64,000 nucleotides of DNA from Deinococcales bacterium (GTDB taxonomy: Bacteria > Deinococcota > Deinococci > Deinococcales > JAAFIG01): contig JANYHH010000005.1 in the NCBI GenBank assembly GCA_025359505.1, positions 14,376 through 78,375 on the forward strand. Direction: 5' to 3'. Below the pieces are notes generated by a model. That model ran no database searches and was not told where the DNA came from. It saw only the letters and a program-made list of their open reading frames with translations. Position 1 is the first letter of the stretch, and each line of letters starts with the position of its first letter. Shown piece after piece: positions 43,204 to 53,463 of this stretch. The translations under genes and the position numbers were made by a program.

Positions 43204-44718
43204 GTGAGCATCGCTAAATCAGGCTCGTTCAACTTCGCTGGACAAAGCCCGACCCGTTTGAGCAGCACTGGCTCGAGCGACGCAGGTTCAGATGCGGCGC
43301 TGAGCTTACCGATCAGCGCGTCCGATGTGCTGGAAGCGCGTTACACAGGTAAGGCCGCGCTGCGCGACGAGATGCTGCACGGGAACCCCGTGCTGATGCG
43401 TACTTTGGAGGCGTTGGGGATGGTTGGGCCGTTCACGATGACCAATCCGTGGGAAATGACCGATCCGCAGGGTCACAGTACAGTCAACGCCGGGGGCTAC
43501 GCGGCGATTCCGTTTGGGGATCGCTACCCGCCGCTCGCAGAGTTCGTCAGCCGCTATGCCAGTGACGACCGCAGTCTGGGCTTGCCGCAGCAGAGCGCTT
43601 CGCCGTGGCGGGCGGCTTTGGAAACCAACCTGATCGCGCTGGTCTCACGGTTTCTACCACAGCACGCCGACAGCAAAGTTTTTTTCAGCAACTCCGGCAC
43701 GGAAGCCATTGAAGCGGCGATCAAATTTGTCAAAGCTGCCCGCCCGAAAGCCCGTCACCTGATTAACTTCTACGGCGCGTACCACGGCAAGACTTTTGGA
43801 TCGCTGGCCCTGACGCCCAACCCGGAGTACCAAGAGATGTTCAAGCCGCTGATGCCGAACATCACGACACTTCCCTTCGGGGATTCATCGGCGCTCGAGA
43901 GCGCGGTTCGTAAGCTCGGCGCGGGCAACATTGCGGCTGTGTTCTTGGAGCCGATTCAGGGTGAAGCGGGCGTGATCGTGCCGCCGCCGAATTTCCTGCG
44001 CGAGGTGAACGCGATCTGCAAACGCCACGACATCTTGATCGTCGCCGACGAAATCCAGACTGGTCTGGGACGGGCTGGCGAGTGGTTCGCCAGTGCCGCT
44101 GGTGGCTTGGAACCAGACATTATCACGCTCGCCAAGCCGCTCGGTGGGGGCATGGCGGCCATCGGTGCGACGATTGCGCCGCCCAAAATCATTGCCCGCA
44201 CGCTCGGCGGTTTTGGCAAGCGCCACAGCAATACCTTTGGCGGCAACAGTTTCAGCATGGCGGTGGGCCTGAAATCCTTGGAGATTCTGGTCAGTGAGAA
44301 TCTGCCTGCCCGCTCCAAGCGCCTTGGCGCATTGGGACTCGAGGCGTTGCAAGCGCTGCAAGCCAAGTATCCGCAAACGCTCGAGGCGGTGCGTGGATCG
44401 GGGCTGCTGATGGCGCTGCAATTCAGAACGGTGATCCCAGCCAAAGCCATTCCGGGCTTGGGTGATCTGGTCAGCGAACTGAGCGGCGGGCTGGGTTGCC
44501 GCGTGCTGTACACGGGCGGCGTGACCGCGAATTTCAGTTTGAGCGCTAAACGCGTGATTCGGTTGACCCCGGCGCTGACGATCCCCGACGAGACTTTCGA
44601 CACGATGATCAGTAGGGTCGCGGCGACGATGGAGCGCAACCCGACCGCGAATCACATGCTGCGCCATATGCCACTGGATCGTCTGGTGCGGTTGGGGCGC
44701 GTGGCGTTCGGAATGTGA
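43204..44718 (+). CDS. Class-III pyridoxal-phosphate-dependent aminotransferase
   Basis: FFSNSGTEAIEAAIKF, ADEIQTGLGRAGEWFA and TLAKPLGGG (PLP Lys). The start is uncertain: I chose the GTG at 43204 because the ORF-track start lies only 25 nt from the divergent ndk start. Confidence 0.75.
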   Translation: MSIAKSGSFNFAGQSPTRLSSTGSSDAGSDAALSLPISASDVLEARYTGKAALRDEMLHGNPVLMRTLEALGMVGPFTMTNPWEMTDPQGHSTVNAGGYAAIPFGDRYPPLAEFVSRYASDDRSLGLPQQSASPWRAALETNLIALVSRFLPQHADSKVFFSNSGTEAIEAAIKFVKAARPKARHLINFYGAYHGKTFGSLALTPNPEYQEMFKPLMPNITTLPFGDSSALESAVRKLGAGNIAAVFLEPIQGEAGVIVPPPNFLREVNAICKRHDILIVADEIQTGLGRAGEWFASAAGGLEPDIITLAKPLGGGMAAIGATIAPPKIIARTLGGFGKRHSNTFGGNSFSMAVGLKSLEILVSENLPARSKRLGALGLEALQALQAKYPQTLEAVRGSGLLMALQFRTVIPAKAIPGLGDLVSELSGGLGCRVLYTGGVTANFSLSAKRVIRLTPALTIPDETFDTMISRVAATMERNPTANHMLRHMPLDRLVRLGRVAFGM

Positions 44719-44867
44719 AGCTCGAGAGGCGGTCAACCTCTAGCCACTGCGAAATCCCGAGACAACAACAGTCCGGTTACTTCTCGAGACGACTTTCGAG
44801 ACACGACGACCCTCGAGCAATATCGTTCAGCCAGCGAACCCATGCCTCTCGAGCTACCGCTTGAGCC

Positions 44868-44895
44868 AAAAAAGAACCCGTCAATTGACGGGTTC
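44868..44895 (-). terminator. Rho-independent terminator of the lipoprotein gene
   Basis: The minus strand reads GAACCCGTCA-at-TGACGGGTTC followed by TTTTTT. Confidence 0.75.
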
Positions 44896-44914
44896 TCTGC
44901 TCGATCGGCTTAGA

Positions 44915-45517
44915 TTACGGGTATGCAATTTCAATGCCACCAAAGCCGCCAGCTTGGGTTACGGTGTCATCGTTGCGTCCGACATCAGCGGTGACGCTGC
45001 TGTTCTTGGTTGGATCACTCACGAGGTTCCAACCGATTTTGAGGACTTTACCCGTTGTCCACAAATCGTCTGTGCTCGAGTACACGAAAAAGCGCCTGCC
45101 TCCGGGCGCATTGGTAGCGATGCTGTCGGCTAAGACCGCATCTTGCGTACCAGCGGCGCTCGTGTCGTACTTGTCATCGTTGTTCTTATCGTCGTAAACA
45201 GCGACTTTGTAAAAGCGTCTGGCTTCGCCGTTGAGGTCAATGGCTGGCGAAAGGAAGCCAGAGTACGCGCCCGTACCGCCGTTGATGGCGATGCTCGTGG
45301 CGAACGCGGCGGCTTGCACAGTGTTGGGTGGCGTGGTGAAATCGGTGAAGCGCACCAGAGCCAGCTTGTAGCTCGAGGCGGTTGGGACGCCGGCTGGTGG
45401 GGTCGTGGAGACCGTTCCCGAGAAGGCTGGCCCGCCGCCGAGCGCGTTGCCGAATAAACCGCAGCTTGAAAAAACCGTTGCCAATGCACCCAAAGCGATC
45501 AGTTGTTTGATGTTCAT
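44915..45517 (-). CDS. Lipoprotein, hypothetical
   Basis: AGGAGG RBS upstream of the ATG at 45517. The lipobox is LATVFSSC. Confidence 0.6.
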   Translation of the reverse strand: MNIKQLIALGALATVFSSCGLFGNALGGGPAFSGTVSTTPPAGVPTASSYKLALVRFTDFTTPPNTVQAAAFATSIAINGGTGAYSGFLSPAIDLNGEARRFYKVAVYDDKNNDDKYDTSAAGTQDAVLADSIATNAPGGRRFFVYSSTDDLWTTGKVLKIGWNLVSDPTKNSSVTADVGRNDDTVTQAGGFGGIEIAYP

Positions 45518-45819
45518 GTTGCCTCCTAGAAAGTGAACCAGCGCCTGTAAATTTGCGCTTCGCTTACCATCACTCTGGAAGCTGTGCGTCAGCCACGATG
45601 CAACTGAGCCGCGCCTGATGCAGGGCGGGTCAAAGGAAAACCTCGAGCGCACGATTTGCAGCGGCTCGAGGCGTGCTAGAAAGTGGATTTCACTGTCCCG
45701 CGACCGTTTCGGCGCTCTCGAGGCGAGGGAGGTTTCTACAGTGCATCTCGAGTGGGATTCGCTGCTCGTTGCTTTTCACACTGTGCGACTGAGTAACGTC
45801 AGGCTTCGGCTGAGCAGCG

Positions 45820-48363
45820 TCAGGCTCGAGCAAGTTCGGGCTGTGGTGTTGAAATCGGCGCGAGGCGAATTGGTGCTTTGAAGCCGCGCAAGCGCAGTGC
45901 GTTGCCAAGCACAAAAACGCTGCTCAGCCCCATCGCTGCACCGGCCAGCACGGGGTTCAGTAACCACCCGAAGAGCGGGTAAAGCGCTCCGGCGGCCACC
46001 GGAATCAGCACGACGTTGTAGGCGAACGCCCAGAACAGGTTGAAGCGAATATTGGCAATCGTGGTTACGGACAGCGCCACGGCGTTCGGCACGCCGCGCA
46101 GATCGCCGGACATCAGGATCACATCGGCCGTCTCAATGGCCACATCCGTGCCCGTACCAATGGCGATGCCGACATCGGCTTGCGCCAGCGCGGGCGCATC
46201 GTTGATGCCATCGCCGACGAAGGCGACTTTGACGCTGCCAGATTGCAGTTTTTGAATCGCTGCCGCCTTACCGTCGGGCAGCACTTCGGCGAGCACCTCG
46301 TCAATGCCGAGTTGAGCAGCGATGGCGTGCGCGGTGCGGCGGTTGTCACCCGTAATCATCGCAATTCGCAAGCCGATTTTCTGAAGCGCCTCGAGCGCAA
46401 CTCTCGAGCCGTCTTTGATCGGGTCAGCGACGGCGATCACGGCGGCGACCTTGCCGTCCACAGCGGCGTACAGCGGCGATTTACCCTGATTGCCAAGCCG
46501 CTCACTCTGACTGGAGAAATTTGCAACGTCCATGCCAAGCTGCGTCATGTAACGATCCGCGCCGATCTGCACGAGCTTGCCTGCGACGGAAGCCGAAACG
46601 CCGTACCCGGCGACCGCCGCGAAATCCGTGATCGTCTCGAGGGTCAAACCTTGCGCTTTGGAGGCTTTGACGATGGCTTCGGCGACTGGGTGCTCGCTCG
46701 AGTTTTCCACGCTGGCGATCAGTGCCAGCAGTTCCGCGTCGCTGTACGGGCTGACGTTGACGAAATCGGTCAATTCAGGCTGCCCCTTGGTCAATGTGCC
46801 CGTCTTGTCGAGCGCAATGATTTTCACGCCCTGCAAGCCCTCGAGCGCCGCTCCCGTGCGAAACAGCACGCCTAGCTCAGCCGCTTTGCCCGTGCCGACC
46901 ATGATGCTGGTCGGTGTGGCCAGTCCCATCGCGCACGGGCAGGCGATAATCAGCACCGCGACGGTGTTGACGACGGCGAAACTCAGGGCGCTTTCGCCAC
47001 CGAAAATCATCCACAAGATAAAAGTCAGTCCAGCGATCCCTAGCACAATCGGCGTGAAAATCAGCACCACTTTGTCCGCCAAGCCCTGAATCGGCGGCTT
47101 GCTGCCCTGCGCGGTCTCGACCAATTTGATGATCTGCGCCAACACGGTGTCCGCGCCGATGGCGGTCGCTTTAAACGTCAGTGCGCCGCTCTTGTTGATC
47201 GTGCTGCCAATGACTTTCGCGTCGGCAGATTTGCTGACTGGGACTGGCTCGCCGGAGATCATGCTCTCGTCCACGTAACTCGAGCCGCTGACCACGATCC
47301 CGTCCACCGGGATTTTCTCGCCGGGGCGCACCGAAATCAGGTCGCCGATCAGCACCTCCTCAAGCGGCAGCTCGAGTGCTGATGATCCGCGCAGCACGCG
47401 GGCGGTTTTGGCTTGCAGCCCGATCAGCGTTTTCATCGCTTGGCTGGTTCTGCCTTTGGCGATTGCTTCAAGGTACTTGCCGAGCAAAATCAGCGCGATC
47501 ACCACGCCCGCCGCCTCGAAGTAGACGTGACGCCCGCTATCCGGGATCACGCCGGGGACGAAGGTCTCGAGCAGCACGACAGCCGCGCTGTACCAAAACG
47601 CGGCGCTCGTGCCGAGCATCACCAAGGTGTTCATGTCGGGGCTGCGCTGAAGGAGCGCATTCCAACCGTGCGTCAAAAAACGTCTGCCCGGAATGAAGTA
47701 AATCGGGATCGCCAGTGCCAGCATCACCCAATCCCAGACGCGCAGGGGCGCGACCCCCTCGAGCCACATCATCGCGGGCATCCAAAGCATCGGGATCATC
47801 GCCAGCAACAGCAGTGGCACGGCGAAGATTGTGGCAATCGTCAGGTCGCGCCGCAGACTGACGATTTCCGCGTCTCGAGCCTCGCGTTCACTGTCGCTGC
47901 GATCCTGCCCCGCCTGCACTTGCAGCACGTCGTAGCCCGCAGCGCGAATCGCTGTTTTGAATTGCGCTAAACTGGCATTGCTCGGCAGGTACGTGACCAC
48001 GGCGCGTTCGGTAGCGAGATTAACGCTGGCGTCCAGCACACCGTCGACTCTCTTCAGCGCCCGCTCGACCCTGCCGACACACGCGGCGCAGGTCATGCCG
48101 GTCACGCTCAACTCGAGCGTCGCCGTGCGGGATTCGTAACCGATCTCTTTGATTCGCTCGAGCAACGCGGGAATTTCAACTCGTCTGGGGTCGTACTGCA
48201 CCGTGGCGCGTTCGGTGGCGAGGTTGACATTGGCTGTCGTCACGCCCTCGAGTTTCTGCAAGCCGCGCTCGACCCGTCCGACGCAAGCGGCGCAGGTCAT
48301 GCCGCCAATGCCGATCTCGAGGGTTTTGGCTGCGTTGAGCTGAGTGTGCGGGTTGTTCACCAT
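45820..48363 (-). CDS. copA: Copper-translocating P1B-type ATPase with two N-terminal HMA domains
   Basis: [12 protein letters not shown] occurs twice. The protein also has the CPC TM motif, [15 protein letters not shown] and SGEP. Confidence 0.95.
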   Translation of the reverse strand: MVNNPHTQLNAAKTLEIGIGGMTCAACVGRVERGLQKLEGVTTANVNLATERATVQYDPRRVEIPALLERIKEIGYESRTATLELSVTGMTCAACVGRVERALKRVDGVLDASVNLATERAVVTYLPSNASLAQFKTAIRAAGYDVLQVQAGQDRSDSEREARDAEIVSLRRDLTIATIFAVPLLLLAMIPMLWMPAMMWLEGVAPLRVWDWVMLALAIPIYFIPGRRFLTHGWNALLQRSPDMNTLVMLGTSAAFWYSAAVVLLETFVPGVIPDSGRHVYFEAAGVVIALILLGKYLEAIAKGRTSQAMKTLIGLQAKTARVLRGSSALELPLEEVLIGDLISVRPGEKIPVDGIVVSGSSYVDESMISGEPVPVSKSADAKVIGSTINKSGALTFKATAIGADTVLAQIIKLVETAQGSKPPIQGLADKVVLIFTPIVLGIAGLTFILWMIFGGESALSFAVVNTVAVLIIACPCAMGLATPTSIMVGTGKAAELGVLFRTGAALEGLQGVKIIALDKTGTLTKGQPELTDFVNVSPYSDAELLALIASVENSSEHPVAEAIVKASKAQGLTLETITDFAAVAGYGVSASVAGKLVQIGADRYMTQLGMDVANFSSQSERLGNQGKSPLYAAVDGKVAAVIAVADPIKDGSRVALEALQKIGLRIAMITGDNRRTAHAIAAQLGIDEVLAEVLPDGKAAAIQKLQSGSVKVAFVGDGINDAPALAQADVGIAIGTGTDVAIETADVILMSGDLRGVPNAVALSVTTIANIRFNLFWAFAYNVVLIPVAAGALYPLFGWLLNPVLAGAAMGLSSVFVLGNALRLRGFKAPIRLAPISTPQPELARA

Positions 48364-48382
48364 GTCGGTTCCTCTCGCTCAT

Positions 48383-48399
48383 CCCCCTAGAGGGGGTAA
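48383..48399. promoter_or_regulatory. Candidate CsoR operator proximal to copA
   Basis: CCCCCTAGAGGGGGTAA. The core CCCCCTAGAGGGGG is a perfect 14-bp palindrome and shares 15 of 17 nt with the site at 48515-48531. Confidence 0.5.
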
Positions 48400-48514
48400 C
48401 TACTTCGTTGCAGCATAGGACTGGATGCCAAGACCTCGAGTACCCGCAGATACACGGCTTTGGTGCGGTGAACGACTTGCCAATCCCAAACTCTCCGAGT
48501 AGAGTGACACCGTA

Positions 48515-48531
48515 CCCCATAGAGGGGATAA
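48515..48531. promoter_or_regulatory. Candidate CsoR operator proximal to copZ
   Basis: CCCCATAGAGGGGATAA, immediately upstream of the copZ RBS. Confidence 0.5.
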
Positions 48532-48540
48532 GGAGCGAAG

Positions 48541-48747
48541 ATGAACATTGAATTGAACGTTTCGGGCATGACCTGCGGGCATTGCAAAGCAGCCGTCGAG
48601 AGCGCCCTGAAATCCGTTGCGGGCGTCACCGCAGCCGAGGTCGATCTCGCGGGCGGCAAAGCCAAAATCAGCGGCGAAGGCGTCCAGCTCGAGCTGCTGG
48701 TTGCTGCCATCGCCGAAGAGGGCTACAGCGCGTCAGCGGCGCAGTGA
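48541..48747 (+). CDS. copZ: Copper chaperone CopZ (HMA domain)
   Basis: The MTCGHC metal-binding motif, 68 aa, AAGGAG RBS. Confidence 0.9.
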   Translation: MNIELNVSGMTCGHCKAAVESALKSVAGVTAAEVDLAGGKAKISGEGVQLELLVAAIAEEGYSASAAQ

Positions 48748-49079
48748 CCAAGGCAGCGGCGCAGAAACCCGCTCGAGCCAGCCAGCCAGCTCTCGAGCGC
48801 GATCACCTGTGCATGCCCGAGGATGCCCGCAAGCGAGCAACCCGGCGCATTGCCATTGCCAAGGGGCATTTGGAGAGCATCGCTCGGATGCTGGAAGATC
48901 CGCACATCTACTGTGTGGATGTGCTGGTGCAACTCAGAGCCGTGCAAGGCGCACTCAGCGGTGTTAGCGAGGTCGTGCTGCGCGGGCACTTAGAGGCGCA
49001 TGTCGCCACGGCCGCGACTCGAGGGGACACGGGTGAAATCGTGGACGAGCTGATGGAAGCCCTGAAGATGGCCCGCTAG
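48744..49079 (+). CDS. csoR: CsoR-family metal-sensing transcriptional repressor
   Basis: RRIAIAKGHLESIARMLEDPHIYCVDVLVQLRAVQGAL...HLEAH (C-H-C ligand pattern). The GTG start overlaps the copZ stop (GTGA); an alternative ATG is at 48813. Confidence 0.85.
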   Translation: MTKAAAQKPARASQPALERDHLCMPEDARKRATRRIAIAKGHLESIARMLEDPHIYCVDVLVQLRAVQGALSGVSEVVLRGHLEAHVATAATRGDTGEIVDELMEALKMAR

Positions 49080-49142
49080 CGGGGAGCGCGAAATTCCGCT
49101 CGAGGACGTTGACGTTCCTGAGCGTCTCTCAAAGGTGACGAA

Positions 49143-49739
49143 TCAAATCTTCTTCGTCCCGAGCCAGCGTTTGAATTGCGCGATCTCCGCGCCTTGACCT
49201 TTGACGACGCTCTGCGCGTAGACCCGCAGCTCTGGGCGCAGGGCGCGTTGGCTGGCGTCTTTACCCATATCCACGGCGTGCTGGTGATGCGGGATCATGC
49301 CGTTTAGAAAACTGCGATCCGCCGCGTGTTTCATACCCGCCATTGGACGCATGTTGCCCATCGAAGAATCCATCATCGGTTTCATATCGGCCTTCATCAG
49401 CGCCATCTGCTTCGGGTCGGGCGCGGCGCTGTACCAGCTTTTCAGCCACGCGGTCATCTGCTTGATTTCTTTGTCCTGATCGGTGACGATTTTCTGAGCA
49501 GCGCCTTTGATGTCCTTATCCACGCAGGTTTTGACGCAGAGCTGCGCCATCTCCACCGCGCCTCGGTGATGCTCGATCATTTGCGAGAGCCACGCGATGT
49601 CGTAGCTTTTGCCTTTCAAGGGCAGCAGTGCTTTTGTGCTTGAGTCCCCCATCGCGCCCATGCCGTTCATGTTCATCTGCGCGGTCGCCGTGACCGCGAG
49701 GCTGGCGACGAGGGCGCTCATCAGTAAAAATCGTTTCAT
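49143..49739 (-). CDS. DUF305-family secreted protein with a Met-rich insert
   Basis: Signal peptide, two HH motifs (MIEHHRGAVEMA, MIPHHQHAVDMG) and a Met-rich segment. Confidence 0.8.
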   Translation of the reverse strand: MKRFLLMSALVASLAVTATAQMNMNGMGAMGDSSTKALLPLKGKSYDIAWLSQMIEHHRGAVEMAQLCVKTCVDKDIKGAAQKIVTDQDKEIKQMTAWLKSWYSAAPDPKQMALMKADMKPMMDSSMGNMRPMAGMKHAADRSFLNGMIPHHQHAVDMGKDASQRALRPELRVYAQSVVKGQGAEIAQFKRWLGTKKI

Positions 49740-49836
49740 GGTCTATCCTCCGCTAATAACTCTAAATCGCGGGTGTCAACGCCGAATAAAGCTCGAGTTC
49801 ATTGCGGCATTCGTGACCGACGCAGGCTCGAGGCTT

Positions 49837-49854
49837 TGTAAAGCTCGTGTAAAG
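49837..49854 (-). promoter_or_regulatory. Two direct CTTTACA repeats with 11-bp spacing, upstream of the DUF305 gene
   Basis: The minus strand reads GGCTTTACACGAGCTTTACAAAGCC, about 100-115 nt upstream of the DUF305 start. Confidence 0.4.
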
Positions 49855-49880
49855 CCAGCGACAAGTTATCTCGAGCGGGT

Positions 49881-50276
49881 TTAGTTCATTTGCGACATGG
49901 CGCGGCACGATGCGGCGCAGGCGTTACAGGCGTCGATGCAGGCTTGCATGTGCGCGTCGTCGTTGACGCTTTGGCAGCTTTCAATGCAGGCTTCGCAGGC
50001 GGCGGCGCAGAGTTTGCAAACCTCAGCGTGCAGGCTCGAGTCCCGCGCCATGAAATCCGCGCAGGTGATGCAAAGCTGAGCGCAATCGCGCATGACGGTG
50101 ATGTGCGCGGCGGTCGCGTGCATCGCACCTTTCTCCAAACAATGCTGGATCGTGTGCTCGCAAGTCGCGTGGCACTCGAGGCAGATTTGAATAGCCGGAT
50201 CCATGTGAGCGTGGTGGCTCGAGTCGCTTTTTGTTGGGTCGCTCCGGCTTGGGTCGTTGTGCATCATGTTTGTCAC
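49881..50276 (-). CDS. Cys-rich four-helix-bundle copper-binding protein (DUF326 / Csp-like)
   Basis: Repeated CxxxC-type spacing (CLECHATCEH, CAQLCITCADF, CKLCAAACEACIESC, CIDACNACAASC). Confidence 0.75.
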   Translation of the reverse strand: MTNMMHNDPSRSDPTKSDSSHHAHMDPAIQICLECHATCEHTIQHCLEKGAMHATAAHITVMRDCAQLCITCADFMARDSSLHAEVCKLCAAACEACIESCQSVNDDAHMQACIDACNACAASCRAMSQMN

Positions 50277-50360
50277 CTCTGAGGAGTGATGTTAGGGTGC
50301 GAGTCTGCGTTCAAGCTGAGCATGGATGTACCAATCAAGGCTTTACACAGCCCGCGTATC

Positions 50361-51053
50361 ATGACGAGCGTGCCGCTGATTTTGGTGATCGACGATGAAC
50401 TCAATGTGCGCGAAATCGCCAGCGCGTATTTGGAGCGTCACGGCTTTGAAGTGCGAACCGCCAGTAACGGGCTGGACGGCTTGCGGCTGGCGCTCGAGAC
50501 GAACCCCGCGCTGGTGGTGCTGGACATCATGCTGCCAATCCTCGACGGTTTAGAGGTTTTGAAGCGTTTGCGCTTGGAGCGTCCGACTCCCGTGCTGCTG
50601 CTCTCGGCTCGAGGGGACGAGTTCGACCGCGTGCTGGGCTTGGAACTCGGCGCGGACGATTACCTGAGTAAGCCCTTCAGCCCGCGTGAACTCGTGGCGA
50701 GGGTCAAAGCGGTGCTGCGGCGCGGCGGCATGGACAGCACGGGCAGTCTGCTCCAGCACGGCGCGTTGCGGCTAGACGGAGTGACCCGCTCGGTCACGCT
50801 CGAGGGTCACTCCATCGACCTCAGCGCCCTCGAGTTTGATTTGTTGCACGCGCTGCTGCGTTCACCCGGACGGGTTTTCAAGCGCGACGAACTGATCGCT
50901 GCCGTCTGGGGCGAGGATTTCAGCGGGGTGGACAGGGTGGTGGACGTTCACGTTTCACACCTGCGCCGCAAACTCGGGGACGACGTGGATCACCCGCGCT
51001 TCGTGGCGACGGTGCGCGGTGTCGGCTATCGCCTACTCGAGGTCGCACTGTGA
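50361..51053 (+). CDS. OmpR-family response regulator
   Basis: The receiver domain reads ILVIDDE...VVLDIMLP. The winged helix reads LSALEFDLLHALL...VDVHVSHLRRKL...VRGVGYRL. Confidence 0.85.
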   Translation: MTSVPLILVIDDELNVREIASAYLERHGFEVRTASNGLDGLRLALETNPALVVLDIMLPILDGLEVLKRLRLERPTPVLLLSARGDEFDRVLGLELGADDYLSKPFSPRELVARVKAVLRRGGMDSTGSLLQHGALRLDGVTRSVTLEGHSIDLSALEFDLLHALLRSPGRVFKRDELIAAVWGEDFSGVDRVVDVHVSHLRRKLGDDVDHPRFVATVRGVGYRLLEVAL

Positions 51054-52162
51054 GCGCTTGGAGTTTGCGCTCCAAATTGATCGCCGCGTTTCTCGCGGTG
51101 ATCTTCATCGCTGGCATCGTGCTGGTCGTGATTTTAGAGCTGGTCGCTCCAGCGTTCTACCGTACCCACGCCGTTGAGATGGCTCGAGCGATGGGCAGCG
51201 GTACGGACGGCACGCAGTCCCAAGCGCTACAGAATGATCTCGAGCGCGGCTTCAACACCGCGTTGACCCAATCCCTGCTGCTGGCGGCACTGATTACCGT
51301 ACCGCTGGCGCTGGTGGTCAGCGCCGCAATTTCACGTCGGATCGTCGAGCCGGTTTCAAAGGTGTCCCTGGCGTCCGCCCGCATTGCCGCTGGACGTTAC
51401 GAGGAGCGCCTGCCCGCAGCGGGACGCGACGAACTGGGCGAGTTGACCGCGAATTTCAACCGCATGGCGGCGATACTTGAGCAAACCGAAATGCGGCGCG
51501 TAGAGCTGATCGGCACGGTCGCGCACGAACTTCGCACACCGCTCTCAGGCTTAAAGGGCTACGCCGAAGGGATGCTGGACGGTGTGTTCAGCGTGCCCCA
51601 CGCCGCCGCCGCCATCGGGCGCGAGGTGATGCGCCTCGAGCGCTTGCTGGGGGATTTGCAGCACCTCTCGCAAGTCGAAGCGGGCGCGATTGCGGTGCGC
51701 CGCGAAGCCGTGCAGCTTTCGGAATTGACCCGCGAGGTTTGTGCACAACTCGAGCCTTTGTTCGTAAAAAAGCAACTCGAGTTGCGATTGGAGCTGACAG
51801 CCGTTCGCGTGATCGGTGACGCGGATCGTTTAGAGCAAGTGCTGCACAATTTACTTTCCAACGCGCTGCGCCACACCAGCGTCGGTCAAGTCACCGTGCG
51901 CGTCACGCTCGAGCAGGGCAGCGCGTTACTCACGGTTACAGATACTGGCGAGGGAATCGATGCCTCGGATTTGCCGCACGTGTTCGAACGCTTTTACCGC
52001 GCCGACAAATCGCGCTCCAGAGCGGACGACCCGAGCCTCGGCATCGGGGTCGGTTTGACCGTTGCCAAGCACCTGCTCGAGGCGATGGGTGGGGGCATAG
52101 CAGTACAGAGTCAACGCGGAGTGGGCACGACCGCACAGGTGCGACTGCCGATATCGCCCTGA
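51050..52162 (+). CDS. Sensor histidine kinase (2 TM, HAMP, HisKA, HATPase_c)
   Basis: The H-box is VAHELRTPLSGL, with N, G1 and G2 boxes (LLSNALRHT, DTGEGI, GIGVGL). It overlaps the response regulator stop. Confidence 0.85.
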   Translation: MSAWSLRSKLIAAFLAVIFIAGIVLVVILELVAPAFYRTHAVEMARAMGSGTDGTQSQALQNDLERGFNTALTQSLLLAALITVPLALVVSAAISRRIVEPVSKVSLASARIAAGRYEERLPAAGRDELGELTANFNRMAAILEQTEMRRVELIGTVAHELRTPLSGLKGYAEGMLDGVFSVPHAAAAIGREVMRLERLLGDLQHLSQVEAGAIAVRREAVQLSELTREVCAQLEPLFVKKQLELRLELTAVRVIGDADRLEQVLHNLLSNALRHTSVGQVTVRVTLEQGSALLTVTDTGEGIDASDLPHVFERFYRADKSRSRADDPSLGIGVGLTVAKHLLEAMGGGIAVQSQRGVGTTAQVRLPISP

Positions 52163-52301
52163 GCAGCATCCCATGAAATACATCAGCTCTTCACGCACAT
52201 CGTAGGGTCGTCGGGCAAGATCGAGGTAAGAAGCTCACGCGTTGCAGCTCGAGTCCGCTGTGCGGCCAACTTGATCGGTTCAATCCTCAGACGGGAGTCA
52301 G

Positions 52302-53267
52302 ATGAAACTCGAGAAAACCCGGTTGCTGTCTGCTTTTGTCGTGCTGCTGCTCGGCTGCGATGGCGCGTCTGGATCAGGCAAACCACCAAGCCGCACGGGG
52401 ACGCTGATTTACCAAAAAGTCCAGAAGCTCTACGCGGTGGACATGGCGACCAACAAAACCCGTTTAGCGCTCAATTTGCCCGTCTCGAGCGAATCGCTGA
52501 CGGGAACTGGACTGGGCCCGAACGGCGAGATCGCACTGGCGTACAACAGTTCCACCACCGGCCCCAATTCTAGAATCACCATTTATAAGGCTGACGGAAC
52601 CGTGGAGCGCACCTCCCAGCATCAGTCCATGATCGAGACCACGCCCAGATTTTCATTCGATGGCAGCAAGTTGACTTACACGATCAGCGTTTACAGTAGT
52701 GGGGCGAACAAACGCTACTCCACGCAGGTCACCTCCAGAGACGGCACAGGCTTGTATTTCTACGCCAATTCGCGCAGCCCGAGCTGGCTTCCCGACGGGC
52801 GACTGGTCTACAAAAGCCTTAACGACAACAACTTGTACTTATCGAACGCGGATTTCACCAAGCCGTCGACATTGATCCCAAACACGTTGGGCGCAGATGC
52901 GCCGCACGTCAGCCCAGACGGAACGCGAATCGTTTTCTCCAAAATCGCCACCGCGAACGCCCCGCGTCACCTGTACATGTTGAACCTCGATGGCAGTGGG
53001 CTGCGGCAGGTCACAACCTCACAGTACGGCGAGGAGTCGCTGGCAGTGTTCTCACCCGACGGTAGGGAACTGCTGGTCAGCAGCTCCTCCTGCGTCGCCG
53101 CTGGATCGGGTGCGCCCGTTTTCAACGACAGCGATGTCCTACACATCATCCCCGCCAGCGCCACGATGCTGGACATCCCGCTCGGCACGAACAGTGGTGC
53201 ACCAAGCGAACAGCGCGACGAGTCGGGCGCGACCCGCTGCTCGATTGGCGTCCCCAGTTGGCGATAG
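52302..53267 (+). CDS. Lipoprotein with TolB-like (PD40) beta-propeller repeats
   Basis: The lipobox is VLLLGC. Repeated motifs include SPDGTRIVFS, FSPDGRELLVSS and WLPDGRLVYKS. Confidence 0.65.
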   Translation: MKLEKTRLLSAFVVLLLGCDGASGSGKPPSRTGTLIYQKVQKLYAVDMATNKTRLALNLPVSSESLTGTGLGPNGEIALAYNSSTTGPNSRITIYKADGTVERTSQHQSMIETTPRFSFDGSKLTYTISVYSSGANKRYSTQVTSRDGTGLYFYANSRSPSWLPDGRLVYKSLNDNNLYLSNADFTKPSTLIPNTLGADAPHVSPDGTRIVFSKIATANAPRHLYMLNLDGSGLRQVTTSQYGEESLAVFSPDGRELLVSSSSCVAAGSGAPVFNDSDVLHIIPASATMLDIPLGTNSGAPSEQRDESGATRCSIGVPSWR

Positions 53268-53463
53268 TAGTCCGTCAGCTTTGGTTTGCAACGGTTCTGC
53301 TCGAGGCTGACTCTGATTCAGATTGCCGAAACATCGCGCTCAAAAGCGTATGCAAAACGTCTCAAGCGAAATTCAGTCATCACTTCAAGACTTGTAGCTG
53401 CTTGCGACGCTATCGACGCTCGAGATTGCACGACCCGCTTTCAAACCCAGTGCGACAAACCAG

